The notes: a model not told the origin generated them from the letters alone. DNA of 38,404 nt from Paraspadella gotoi (GCA_051294375.1 JBJCIZ010000026.1:54966-93369); one strand, 5' to 3'; counted from the first letter of the stretch, positions 9,166 to 27,299 are shown. Numbers and translations: made by a program.

Positions 9166-12100
9166 ATAACCTCACGCGATCCGACCGCGTTTTGGACGAC
9201 CCAAAGTTCTCGAGTCACGTGATTTCGCATTATCGCGTGAAAAGCGCCGACGGAATCACGAGTGAAAGAAGGGGGACGGGGGCGCAGGGGTCGTGAGGCT
9301 TGAATGTGAATTCGACAGTGGAAAGTTTCGGAGGCCGAGATGTAACGCCGGTATGAAAGGACGGCCGTGAGTGTGGATGGATGAATCCTGTGACATGGCC
9401 ACGTTTGAGGTACGCAGGAGGTAAATGCAAGTACGTTGGCAATGTGAACGACATATATTATCATCTATCTATTCATCATTGTTCTTTATCTCTCTTCTCC
9501 GTCATCATCATCTCCTCATCATAATCATGCTATAATCATCTTTAATTCAATTATCATCGTCGTCGTCATAACACAAATACTTAACTTCTATCCATCACAT
9601 CATAGTGCTAAACCTCTGGTTCGACGTAGTCCGCTAATCATCATATCATTCAATCAATAAAAAACAACGACGACAACAAACAACAACACAACAACAACCA
9701 TCGTTAATGGCAAAAATCGCGTTTCGAGTTCGGGATTAAGATCGATGGAATCAGTTTTGGTTCCGCGGTGGGGGTGATATTTTGGGCAGGCAGCGGTGAG
9801 TGAGCTTTCGGGGTCAGACCGCGCCATTTGAGACGGCGAAGCCTAATAAAAAAATTTTTCCCTTTTTAGACCAAGATGCTGTGGGTCAAAGCGAATATCG
9901 GTGGCTGAAACGAATAAAAAAATGGAGGGAATTCTGGAGTCAGACGCGAGATCTTTGGCCCAGCTATTTTACCAAGCGCCCGTTATCTGATTAAATTCGC
10001 GATAGACATGAGGTTGGAGATTCCCCTCCAGTTAGGTTATTAGGTTAGAGTTACGGATTTAGGGTAAGGGCAATCTTGGTATAAAATTAAGGTTATTAAT
10101 GAAATGTTTATTATATAGAAATAAGTTTAAATATTCTGTAAAATAATTTATCTCACAGATTTAAAACAAAAATGGGCCCCGTTCCGCAAATAGATCCAAA
10201 CTTTTATTTTTAGAGGAGAAATCGGGACAGAGTTTCTCCGAAAGTGGCCGTGGCCCTTATGGTGTCGACTGGGGTCCGAGGGGCCCGCTCGACCGCGAGC
10301 GTCACTAGCGACCCCACCCTTGGTTCAAACAGTTGGAAAGACATGGAGGGGAACGGGGGGAGGTGGGAGATAGGGCTGGGGGATTCCTGTGAAACAATTG
10401 ACCACTCCAAATTGTGTGTATGTCCGTTTTACCGTTTATAAATATTGCATTTTTTCTTTAAAAATAATATTCTGTATGACTGAGCCCAGAAGACATGTCT
10501 GGGCTACATTAGTCCAAAGAAATCCGTGTCAAACCAAAACCCTGTTTTCTCTCTAAAAATAAATATTGTATATCATTTTATTTCTAATTTTGTTAGAATT
10601 TACCGTCCGCGGGCATTATTATAATATTGGGCTAGTGCTGACTCATGTAAAATGTGTGAAATTTTTAAATCATTTGTTGTCAGATTTTCTGTTTTTTTTT
10701 TTTTTTAGATTTTGATGTGTCATGAGTTTTTTGCATTTAGAAAAATTATAAAACTAATATTCTTAAACTTGAAATTAAATTTTTTTGACATAATTAGCCA
10801 GACATGTTTCGGCTCAGTCATACAGAATATTTATTTTAAAGAAAAAAATGCAATATTTATAAACGTAACGAATACACAATTTGAGTGTCATATTGTTCAC
10901 GAATCCCCCAGCCTCTCCTCCCACCTCCCCCCTTCCCCTCCATTCTTTTCCAACTGTTTAAAGTGGATCGCTAGTGACGCTCGCGTCGACGGCCCCTCGA
11001 CCCCATCGACCCATAGGGCCACGCCCACTTCGAGAAACTCTGTCCCGATTTCTCCTCTAAAAATAAAATTTGGATCTATTTGCGGAAACCGCCCCATTTT
11101 TGTTTAAAATCTGTGAGATAAATTTTTTACCAGAATATTTAACCTTAATTTTATATTAATAAACATTTCTTAATAACCTTAATTTTATACCAAATTGCCC
11201 TTACCCTAATCCGTAACTCTAACCTAATACCTAACTGGAATCTCCAACCTCATGTCTATTGCGAATTTAATCAGAAACGGGGCGCTTTGGTAAAATATGG
11301 CCAAAGATCTCGCGTCTGACTCCAGATTCCCTCCATTTTTTTTTTATTCGTTCAGCCACCGAATTCGCTTTTGACCCAAACTCTTTGGGTCTAAAAAGGG
11401 AAAATTTTTTTTTAGGCTTCGCCGTCTCAAATGCGCGTCTGACCCCCGAAACTCACCCACCGCTGCCACCAAATATCACCCACCACCGGAACCCAAAACG
11501 ATGCCATCGATCTTAATCCGACTCGAAACGCGATTTGCCATTACGATGGTTGTTGTTGTTGTTGTTGTTGTCGTCGTTGTTTTTATTGATGATGATGATG
11601 ATGATTACGACTACGTCAACGAGGTTGACTATGATGATGTCAAAGATATTTGTGATGATGACGACGACGATGATAATGAATTAAAGATGATTATGATGAT
11701 TATGATGATGAGGATGATGATGACGAAGAAGAAGATAAAGACAATGATGATAGATAATGATAATATAGTCGTTCACATTGCAACGTACTGCATTACCTCC
11801 TCGTCTCACTGGCATTCACAGGCATTCACCATCCACCTCACGGCCGTCCTTTCATACCGGCGTTCACATCTCGGCCTCCGAAACCATTTCACTGTCGAAT
11901 TCACATCAAGCCTCACGCACCCCTGCCCCCCGTCCCCCTTTTTCACTCGTGATTCCGTCGGCGCTTTTCACCGATAATGCGAAATCACGTGACCTCGAGA
12001 ACTTTGGGTCTCCAAAACGCGGCACGTCGCGTGAGGGTTATCGACTCTCTCCTCTCTCCTCCTCATCTCTCTCTCTCTCTCTCTCTCTCCTCTCTCTCTG

Positions 12101-12471
12101 CTCTCTCTCTCTCTGTCTCTATCTCTCTTTTCTCTCTTTCATACTCTCTCTTTTCATTTCTGACTTTCATTCTTTCTCTCTCTCTCTCACTTTCTCTTTC
12201 ATTCTCTCTCTCTCACATACTCTCTCTCTCCTCCCCTCTCTCTCTCTCTCTCCTCTCTTCTCTCTCTCTCTCTCTCTTCTCTCTCCTCTCTCTCTACTCT
12301 CTCTCTCTCTCCCCTCAACTTTGACATTTGAAAAACAGGCTATTCATCCTAAAATGGCAAGAAAGTTTATTTTTCAAAAGTTTTTCCCTTCCCTCTCTCT
12401 GTCTCTACTTCTCACGCTCTCTCACTCTATTCCATAGTGAGCTTCATCGTTTTACAGAGTAAGCACCCTAA

Positions 12472-12547
<76 letters not shown>

Positions 12548-13426
12548 ACCTCCCCGTGTCTGAATTCAGATTCGCCGAGTCATCATTATTCCTTTTCTCT
12601 CTTCCCAAAAAAATAAAATCACCAAATTCCGTTAGGTGATATTTTCGGACGTGGTGGGTAGTTTTTAGCTTTGGGCTCTCTTTTCCAAAAGAGCCCCATT
12701 TTTGTTCCCCCTAATCCCTGAACTTAGTCATAACCGGAATATCTAACAAAAATCCATTACAAAATCTATAACCTTATCCCCACAACGAAATCAAAAAATC
12801 ATAACATAATCTTTAACCCAAACCCTTATAACTAAACTCTAGTCTCTAACCATAATCCCTACCTCTAATCATTAATGTAATTCCTAACCTACAAACCTAA
12901 CCTAATCCCTTATCTAATTTATAACACTAACCTTGATTTTATCTGAAAATTAAAAATTGATACGTTAAATAATCAAACATTCGAAATTGTTTTACCAATT
13001 TAATGAAAGAATTTTTAAAAAAAGATTATACCATGAGTTTTTCCTTAAATGATACTTTCTTCGGTTTACTTTTTCAAATTGTTAGTTCAAATTTTTGGCC
13101 TACTATAAAGTGCTATTTGATATCATCCAGAGATACTGATCCAGTGATGAGGTGAATATTTTAGGTGAGTAAAGCTGAAGATTCTTTGGTGTAAAGTTCA
13201 TCAACTCGAACTGAAGGGAACGATCCGTTCCGGATAATTTGGCGGGAAATTATTTTCCGGGGGTAAGGTTACAGAAAATAATATTTGAAGGAAAAACGAA
13301 AAAAAAAGTTTTGTTGTAATGAGTTTTTTGTTTGTGTTTTTTATGTTTTTCATTTTGGTTTGAGAAAGAGAAAAAGAGAAAGAGAAAGTGAAAAAGAACG
13401 AAAGAAAGAATAGAAGAAGAAAAGAG

Positions 13427-13461
<35 letters not shown>

Positions 13462-14005
13462 AAAAAAGCAAAAAAGAAAGAGAGAAAGAAAGCAAAAAAA
13501 GAAATTAAGAAAAGAAGAAAAAAAGAAAAAAAAAAGAAACATTTTCCAGCTAACTCCCTCAACCAGATTCGAATTCCCAAAACTGCGAATCCCTTTTTTG
13601 CTTTTTAAAACTTCAACTGAAAAGAATCGACATAAAAAAACGAGAATCTCAAAATTTTATGACGCTTTAAACTTTTATGAAAAAAAAAAAGGGTACATTT
13701 TGGATTTTTTTCCGGAAGATTGAAGAAGCTTTGGAAATATGGAGAAGTGAGAGTTCCCGCCCGAATTGGAAGTTAATGTTTGTCTGTCTGTCTGTCGTTC
13801 TTTCTGTCTCTCTGACATCTGTGTCTTTCTTTTTATCTTTCTTTCTTTTTTTCTCTCTATTTTTCGAGTTTTTTTTATTTTGAAAATAATGATAAATGGA
13901 TTACATCAAAACAAAAGAATTATATATTAATAAACAAAAGACAAAAAAACAACATACGCCAAAATTAATTACGACCGAAGGAATACGGAGCTATTTTTAG
14001 TAACT

Positions 14006-14041
<36 letters not shown>

Positions 14042-14133
14042 TTACGGTTGCGACGACCGAAAAACGAAACCCGGAAACCGATTAATCATTAACGCGACGA
14101 TGTCGTCGTTCTCTTCGTCGTCGTCGTCGTCGT
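6990..14133. repeat. Giant inverted duplication, arms ~6990-10530 and ~10780-14133
   Basis: Continuous reverse-complement colinearity over ~3.4 kb; for example ORFs 7602(+) and 13250(-) both end NIIFCNLTPGK. Differences are mostly indels. Confidence 0.92.
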
Positions 14134-16137
14134 NNNNNNNNNNNNNNNNNNNNNNNNNNNNNNNNNNNNNNNNNNNNNNNNNNNNNNNNNNNNNNNNNNN
14201 NNNNNNNNNNNNNNNNNNNNNNNNNNNNNNNNNNNNNNNNNNNNNNNNNNNNNNNNNNNNNNNNNNNNNNNNNNNNNNNNNNNNNNNNNNNNNNNNNNNN
14301 NNNNNNNNNNNNNNNNNNNNNNNNNNNNNNNNNNNNNNNNNNNNNNNNNNNNNNNNNNNNNNNNNNNNNNNNNNNNNNNNNNNNNNNNNNNNNNNNNNNN
14401 NNNNNNNNNNNNNNNNNNNNNNNNNNNNNNNNNNNNNNNNNNNNNNNNNNNNNNNNNNNNNNNNNNNNNNNNNNNNNNNNNNNNNNNNNNNNNNNNNNNN
14501 NNNNNNNNNNGTTAACGGCGGAAAAAGCAGGATACGAACTTTGTGGCTGAAATGAAGTTTTTTTGAAAATCAAATTGGACCAATAAAAAAAATTCGTTGG
14601 GGAAATTAAGAAGTCAAAAAATGAAGAAAAAAATTACATTAAATTCTTTTCTTTTCTTTCATTTCTTTTTAATTTTCTTCTGTTTCTTTATCTTTTGTAT
14701 CATTAGGTTCAATTAAATCTTTTTTAAAAAAATTTAATTTAATTTTTCTCTCTTTTTGTTCTTTTTTTCCTTATAGTTTTATATCTTTTCATTTTTTTAA
14801 ATATTACTTCCTCTTTTTTCTATTTTTCTATTAATTCTAATTTCTTTTCTTTTATATTTCATTTTTATTTTATCTTCTTTTTATATTTTCTTCTTGTTTT
14901 GTCCCTTATATTTTTTTATTATTTCTAATTTATCTTCTTTATCTAGTGTTTCTTCTCTTAGTTTTTCTTCTTTCAATATTATCTCATTTCATTCCTTTTT
15001 TATCATCGTTCCTCCATCTTGCCTCTTTTTTATCTTTTTAAATTCTTTTTTGTTTTTTGTTTTTTGATTCTTTATTCCTGTCTTTTCCCTTTAAAATTGA
15101 CTGTTATAAATTGAGTTTTTTCTTGGTTAGCTTTTCAAGTTGCTGAGAGAAACGAAGGAAGAGGAGCGGAAAGGATATATAAAGATACCGACAATCCATT
15201 CTGATTGATGGTTTTGGTTAAGAATATAAAAATATGTAGATATACAAAAAAATATACTAGCGTATATAATGATGTATATGTTTGCTTAAAAGAATAAAAA
15301 TAATAGAACAAAAATTTTTCCTATAAAACTCAGGTTTTTTTTAACAAAATTATTTTGTTACCAATTAATATAATATATCATACATAAAATCTCTAAAAAT
15401 CAAAACTTGGACGAACTCTATCTGCGTTGGATTTAAGGCGCCGTCCTTGTTGTTCTGTTTATTTCTTTTTTTTTATCCATTCCATCGCTCGGTTGGGACC
15501 GGAAATAAAAATCTATTCCTTTTTTCAAAGCGACGCGAAAAACAAACAAACAAACGAAAGGATTTAAAAAACAAAACCGTGGTCCCCTTAAACCAGCCGC
15601 CGTTCATTTCCTCTCTTTTCCTTCTCGGCCCGTCTGAATATTCATCGTGGGAAAAACAGAAAAGGGGTGGACCCAAATAAGTCTTGAGTCTTGTGAGAAT
15701 CGATGCCTTAGTCTCAATAGTGGTTTAGTAAGTTCAGGCAACAATTACTATCTTGCTAAACATAAGGCCTCTTTAATCTATTATTATCTATTATCATTTT
15801 ATTCATCTGTGATGATATTTTGATTTTGATTATTTTTTTACATTAATTGAAAGTAAAGCCCTTCTCAGCTCATGCCTGACCCGTTTTATTCTCAATTAAT
15901 TTCTACCAAAAGCTTAATAGTTTACGCAATATTTCCCACCCCGCCTCTCTCCTATCTTTCTTCCCCGACTGATCCCACCCACCGCGCATCCCCTCCGATT
16001 AAAGGGACCCGATGTTTTGAATTCAAAACACAAACAAAGTTTTGAAAGAGAGAAAATTCTCTCGCCATTCCGAGAGTCTTAACGAACGTCGACGTCCCTA
16101 GAATGAGATTTCGATGCTGGGATTCAATTGTGTCGTT

Positions 16138-18976
<2,839 letters not shown>

Positions 18977-19177
18977 TTGGTTGTTTACGTCATAACCGTA
19001 ATCGTAACAATTCCATCCTTTCAGTCTCCCTGGAATTCTTTCTTTTTCTTTCTTTTTCTTTCTTTTTTTCTCTTCCTTTGTATTTTCTTCATTTTTTTCA
19101 TATTTACTTCCCTCTCTTCATTTTTTGCTCCCTCTAATTTCCAAAAGCATCTCATTTCACTCCTTAAACGTGATTTT

Positions 19178-19332
19178 AACCCTAATATTTAACCCTAATG
19201 ATTTATCAAATACGCGATCCCAAACTCTAATCCCTAAGCCTAATGTTTAATCAAATCATTAACCAAACTCTAATCCATAAGCCTAATGTTTAATCAAATC
19301 ATTAACCTAACTCTAATCCCTAACCCTAATCA
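19178..19332 (+). repeat. Degenerate telomere-like (CCCTAA) array with a ~43-bp duplication
   Basis: AACTCTAATCCNTAAGCCTAATGTTTAATCAAATCATTAACC occurs twice, with partial extra copies. Confidence 0.6.
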
Positions 19333-20031
19333 TTATTTAACTCCCATCTTAACTATTTTAATTATTTAATTACTTAACACTTTAATATTGTGAATCGGGG
19401 CAATTTTAGAAAATATGGCCCTTTCTTATCTTTCTCATCCTTTTCCTCTTCCTCCTCCTCCTCCTCCTCTTCCTCCGTCCCTTTCATAAAGCCTATGGAC
19501 CTCTCCCACGGGGTCACCTCCTCCTCCTCACTTCCCCCGTTTATTCATTCTCCTCCTCCTCCTCCTCCTCCTCCTCCTCTTCCTCCACCTCATCCTCCGC
19601 ATTAATTCAATTTTAAAAAAACATATTCTTATAATTTGTACATTACATTTTGATTTTAAGTAAGATTGATAATTGCATGTATGTATGTATAAATATCTTT
19701 AATCATCTTGTAGTCGGACCCGTTCCATGGCTGCTAGAGGGGGTTATAGAAGTTACGGACAGTCATCTTCAGCCCACGTAGCGCCTTATCCACAATCTCA
19801 ATTAGCATGTTCTTTCCTTCTTTCTTTCTTTCCTTCTTTCCTTCTTTCCTTATTTCTTTCTTTTTTTCTTTCCCTAATAATACGAGTTCCTGTCAAAACG
19901 AAAACGAATCTGACCCTGTCCTCATTTCTGGTCATTGGTTCAGAGGTCAAAAGTCACGCTGGGTCACGTTCGGGTCACGGGTCACCACCGATTCATAAGG
20001 TCATGAACAAGCTGCTTCGTGAGCTTTGTCG

Positions 20032-20063
<32 letters not shown>

Positions 20064-20514
20064 GTCTTATTTTTTCCAGGGCGTTATTGCATAATTGATT
20101 CATATTAATCTGCGTTATTTCCTTTTTCATTAATTTCTTTCCTCCTCTTCGTTGGTTCCAGAAACATACTTTTCTGTTGCTCATTTAATTACCGTTGCAA
20201 CCGCCTTGCCAATGTTTTATTTGCCAGTATATATATTATAGATTTCCAGAAGACAACACTAACACAGCATCGGAATTTCGTCTTTTAATCTTTATACGAT
20301 TTCTTTAAAAACGAAAGATGTCGCTAGAATCGAGGTTCTTTCAAATTCTGGAAAAAAAAAACAAAAGGACAAATAAATTCAAGTCGAATTCATTTTTGAT
20401 CTTGTGATCACGTGACTTCACAAGTATGATATAGATGCACGTTGAAAGGCTTATGTACTGTACTTTCATACTAAATATTAACTAAACTAATGAAGTAATA
20501 ATTGAGTTATGAGC

Positions 20515-20539
20515 ATTTTTAACACAAGTGGCGCACATC

Positions 20540-20578
<39 letters not shown>

Positions 20579-20632
20579 CGAAAGTGACTTTTTGAGTTGC
20601 TCCGCGAGTACTCGCGGCGCAACTATATAAAA
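20515..20632 (-). mobile_element. DINE-1/HINE-like element end with (GACA)n and terminal palindrome
   Basis: (CAGA)n tract followed by hairpin GTTGCTCCGCGAGTACTCGCGGCGCAAC and an A-rich flank. This is the Helentron-associated non-autonomous layout. Confidence 0.6.
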
Positions 20633-21390
20633 ACGTATCGGTAAATATTAAAATTACTTCAATTGCTATTAAAACGTTTAATGTTTGAAAGTAAAAAACA
20701 ATTATATACTTACAGTTAAAGGATATATATTTTTTGGCTCCGCATGAAATTCAGAATATTATTGAGTCGGCGGAGAAGTGGGCGTCGACCAGGGGAGAGA
20801 TTGGATCNNNNNNNNNNNNNNNNNNNNNNNNNNNNNNNNNNNNNNNNNNNNNNNNNNNNNNNNNNNNNNNNNNNNNNNNNNNNNNNNNNNNNNNNNNNNN
20901 NNNNNNNNNNNNNNNNNNNNNNNNNNNNNNNNNNNNNNNNNNNNNNNNNNNNNNNNNNNNNNNNNNNNNNNNNNNNNNNNNNNNNNNNNNNNNNNNNNNN
21001 NNNNNNNNNNNNNNNNNNNNNNNNNNNNNNNNNNNAGAAAGAAAGAAAGAAAGAAAGAAAAAAAAATAAACAAAACAAAGTAAGAGACATATACATATAC
21101 GAATTATACATATATACATTAATTCAAAGATAAAGATAGAAAGAAAAAAATAACGGAGAAAGAGAGAAAGAGTGAGAGAGAGACCTAGATTTTTCGAACA
21201 GCGCTTCGCAAATAACTCCCTCTCTCTCGCGCGCAATTCAAACCGACCATTCTGAGTGCAAAGGGTCACGCGCATGCGCAGAAACGAACGACGTAACTGA
21301 GGAAGGGAGGGACGTCACGCTGCATTAGCGGGCGAATCTCGACATCTGGACAACGTTCCTTTCTTTGAAGGAAAAGGGAGATTAAGGAAG

Positions 21391-21430
<40 letters not shown>

Positions 21431-21574
21431 GCTCTCTCTCTCTCTCTCCTCTCTTTATCTCTCTTATTCGTAAATTAATCATCATTTAAAAGCAGAGACG
21501 CTTTTTTTGTGAAAACATCAAAATTGAATTGAATCACAGGGTGAAAAAAATCCTACTGAGCCAGCAAAAAAATC

Positions 21575-21790
21575 TTTGTCCGTATAAGATAAGTTTTAAT
21601 TCTTTTTTTTTTCGTGAATCTGCCGTAATATAGTGAACAATCTCGTTAATCTATTCATTATATTCATTCTGTGAATCTCGTATGCGTGCGAGAGGGAGTC
21701 GCGCGTGCGAATGCACCTCAAGTACAAAATCGCTAGTGAGGACCGCGTGCGCGTTTATCAATCGTTCGCATTAAAGTGGCATTAGGGAAC

Positions 21791-21837
<47 letters not shown>

Positions 21838-22199
21838 CTCTCTCCTCTCTCTCTCTCTCGTCCTCTCTCTCCTCCTCTCTGCGTCTCCGCATCAAATTTT
21901 CACCGAGAATTCCACCGACGGAAAAAATGTCCTTTCGGAAGACCAAGTTCTCGACGCNNNNNNNNNNNNNNNNNNNNNNNNNCTTTGTCCGTATAAGATA
22001 AGTTTTAATTCTTTTTTTTTCGTGAATCTGCCGTAATATAGTGAACAATCTCGTTAATCTATTCATTATATTCATTCTGTGAATCTCGTATGCGTGCGAG
22101 AGGGAGTCGCGCGTGCGAATGCACCTCAAGTCACAAAATCGCTAGTGAGGACCGCGTGCGCGTTTATCAATCGTTCGGCATTAAGTGGCATTAGGGAAA

Positions 22200-22277
<78 letters not shown>

Positions 22278-22341
22278 CGCCCATCAAATTTTCACCGAGA
22301 TTCCACCGACGGAAAAATGTCCATTTTCGGAAGACCAAGTT

Positions 22342-22347
<6 letters not shown>
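21575..22347 (+). repeat. Direct duplication across a 25-N gap (21575-21957 and 21983-22347)
   Basis: The sequence after the gap restarts at CTTTGTCCGTATAAGATAAG and is near-identical to the pre-gap copy. Probably an overlap artefact. Confidence 0.9.
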
Positions 22348-24520
<2,173 letters not shown>

Positions 24521-25512
24521 CTCTCGCTCTCTGTTGGGAGATTCGAAGGGAAAATTATAATTTAGAGATAAAATGAATTGATTTTGTTATGTTTATGTTA
24601 TGAAACTGGAACAACCTTCATTCATTTAATAAAGAATTTAGTGGTTAGGACCTTCACAAGAAAAAAAATGCAAGATAAAATTAATATACTTTAACAATAT
24701 AATGAAATATGTTTAAGAGACTTTCACTACTTTTTCACCTTCCCTTTTTAAACAGTACTTTCTTCAAAACTTCACCAACTAACATACGAACAGTCCGACG
24801 ATCAAATAAAAACCCGTTTTAGTTTAATTCGGAAATGCGTCGTCGGGATTCGGATGTAATCCATTTTCATTCTCCACTAATCACGCGAATCAAATTTCGT
24901 TTCCACGAAGATTGAAAAAGAAAGAGAAAAAAAAAGAGAAAAAAAAAGAAAAATGTTGATGTTGCGTAAATCATCAAAACGCAATTAATCTTCGGGACTT
25001 TGAAAGGACACGCGTCTCAAAGATAAAAGAAAAAGAAAACAAGAACCGTCAAGAGCCGTGACTGTCTTTCGTGAACGCATTTTAAGATAATCACAATCAC
25101 TGACTGCACAAGTGTGACTGTATAAACGAGAAGCATCACTTTCTGTTAAGTATCAAATCAAGCATAATAACCAAATGATACCCAAAAAATGCCGTATTTA
25201 CTTTCTGATCACCTGTTCTGTATGATCACGCGTCTACTGTCGTATGAAACATGTACAAGATGCCTTGAATGATACCATACATACTTAAACTGACTCAGCC
25301 TTTTTTTAAATTATGTCGCGTAAATTTTTTGTTCGTGTGATTATCTGACTGCACCTGTAGAAAATGTTTATTATTTTCTACGCCTCGAGGGTCGCGCGTT
25401 CGATTCGTCGGAAGAATGACGTAAATGTTGAATAAATGACGAATAAATCGTGAATAAATCGTGCATAAGTTTATTATTAAAAATAATAAGTCAATGGCAA
25501 AATCAATGTCGT

Positions 25513-25746
25513 TATGGTGGACTAAAATCCACCAACCGTTCATCAGCGGCCATTGGTGCCAGAGGCAAGTCATTGGCCTCCCAACCCAAAGGTCCGGGGT
25601 TCTAGCCCGGTGGTCGTCTGGCAGTTAAGAGGGACGGGGCGCTTAACCCGCCTGTAACATGGTGTTACAGCCTGATCCGAAGCTCAGGGACTGCTTATAT
25701 TGAACGGTTCTGTCATGAACACATATCAATAATTACTGTCTCTTCA
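25513..25746 (+). mobile_element. Solo LTR of a second tRNA/twister TRIM family
   Basis: TCGT on both sides (25509-25512, 25747-25750). Starts with hairpin TGGTGGA-CTAAAA-TCCACCA and ends CTCTTCA like family 1. tRNA-like segment at 25546-25617 with a CTCCCAA loop and B box GGTTCTAGCCC (25598-25608). No PBS follows. Confidence 0.75.
25620..25695 (+). ncRNA. Putative P5-type twister ribozyme (family 2, cleanest copy)
   Basis: P5 GCAGTT/GACTGC; GAGG-GA-CGG; TAA-CCC-GC; P3 CTGTAACA/TGTTACAG; P4 CCTGA/TCAGG with loop TCCGAAGC. T1 pseudoknot CCG:CGG and T2 GC:GC. Predicted cut T25644/A25645. Confidence 0.75.
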
Positions 25747-26445
25747 TCGTATTATAAATTGGTGTAGAAAATCCTTGGATTCCGTAAAAACTACGGTGCC
25801 ATAAAGTCGATCTTTTCCAGAGAAACGATTATGATCGAAAAGACTGGTCAAAAGAGGCCAACGAAATGACCAGGGAAAATGACCGGACCGGAGGTCACAA
25901 AATCTTTCAGCGCCAGTATGAGACATAGTATGCACAAAAAAAGGTCTTAAGGTATCAAATATATTAATTCGAAACGTGAGTGAGGCAGATAGACGGACCG
26001 ACCGACCGAAAAATAACTTATCTCCCCTCCAGTCCCAAGGGTTAGGGAATATGGATAGGAAAAAGGATAGGAAAAAGGATAGGAATAAGGAAGGATAGCG
26101 AAAACAATCGCTAACCAAGCTACTTTGGCGAGCGTAAGCTGCTTGCGACGAAATCTCCCCCTACCATCGATCGGGATGCATCGGAAAAGCCAAGAGAGGC
26201 AAACCATTTGGTCTATCCATTTCCTGCGATGATATATTATATATATATATATAATATATATGTATATATAATATATATATAATATATATATATTATATAT
26301 ATATATATATAAATAATGGCTAATGTTTGACTAGCTGAATTGTTGCGGTCCGCGTGAAGAAAAAAAGGCGTAAGTCAAGATAACGAAAAAAAGAAATTTG
26401 TTTGATCTATTTCTTTTTGTTTTCCTGGATTAAATAATTGAATGG

Positions 26446-26484
<39 letters not shown>

Positions 26485-26489
26485 GTAGA

Positions 26490-27060
26490 GAGAATATCCC
26501 GGAATTCTCAACGACTCCTGTCCTAGTAGAGCACTTTTTTTTGTGTTGACCACCAGGCCGTTTTCGTCGAGGGCCCTAAACACTTTTTCTAAGTCTTGAA
26601 GGTGCTCCTCGGAGAGGAAGATGCCACCAATATGTCATCTAAAATAGACAAAAGTGTGAGGGATATCTACCAGTATCTGGTCCATCAGCCGCTGAAAATC
26701 CTGACCGGCATTTTTACAGCCGAAAGGACAGCGGGGGGAACACATACAGAACCGAAGGTTGTTATAGGCCGTTTTTTTTTCACATTCCTCCGGGTTTACA
26801 GGGATTATGGGTGAATATCCGCCTTAGCAAGTCGATCTTCGAAAAAGATCGTCTTGCCTTCCAACTGGGAGTGAAATCGTTGAGAAGTTTGACCGGGTAA
26901 CGATCGCGATGGTTTGATAGCGTTTAGGCGGCGTAGTCCCGCAACATCGCCATCCTCCGTCGGGTTTGGAGACGAACGTGTAGCGGGGAGGAACCACATC
27001 AGCTTTCCTCACCGCTTGGCAATGCCCAAGGAAACCATCTTTTCCAATTCGGTTGGGCGA
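26490..27060 (-). pseudogene. Gypsy reverse transcriptase domain (frameshifted)
   Basis: Stitched across frameshifts: ELEKMVSLGIAKR, SPLHxVSKPDGGWRCCG-DYRRLNAI, DRYPV, SQLEGKTIFSKIDL, PFGxKNAGQDFQRLMDQIL, FVYLDDILVASS (~26634-26649), EEHLQDLEKVFRALDENGLVVN. Confidence 0.93.
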
Positions 27061-27299
27061 CCGCTAACTTCTCTGGGTCGAGCCGCCGTGCTCGTGATGG
27101 CAGGGTCGACCTTCTGTAGGTATTGAATAGTCACGCATGGCGTGGCTCCTTCAACTCGAATGTTGAGTGGAGTAGAGAGGGGAAAGATTCTAACAGTTTT
27201 AAGTAAGCGCTCTCCCTTTCTATCGACGAAGTGAACGTGGGCGGCGGTTTCCTTGATGTCGACGCCGCCTATCGTCGAGTAGTACTGGAATCTATAAGG

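Noticed and set aside
11311-11327. CGCGTCTGACTCCAGAT matches the tRNA-Trp anticodon arm (mirror copy at ~9933-9949)
   Set aside because: Only 17 nt, with no A/B boxes or 3' stem strand. Cannot be separated from chance or a tiny relic.
11806-11970. Minus-strand frame ending ..MVNACECQ*, reminiscent of a cystine-knot C-terminus
   Set aside because: Upstream cysteine spacing is unconvincing, and the inverted copy (9240-9420) does not keep the frame.
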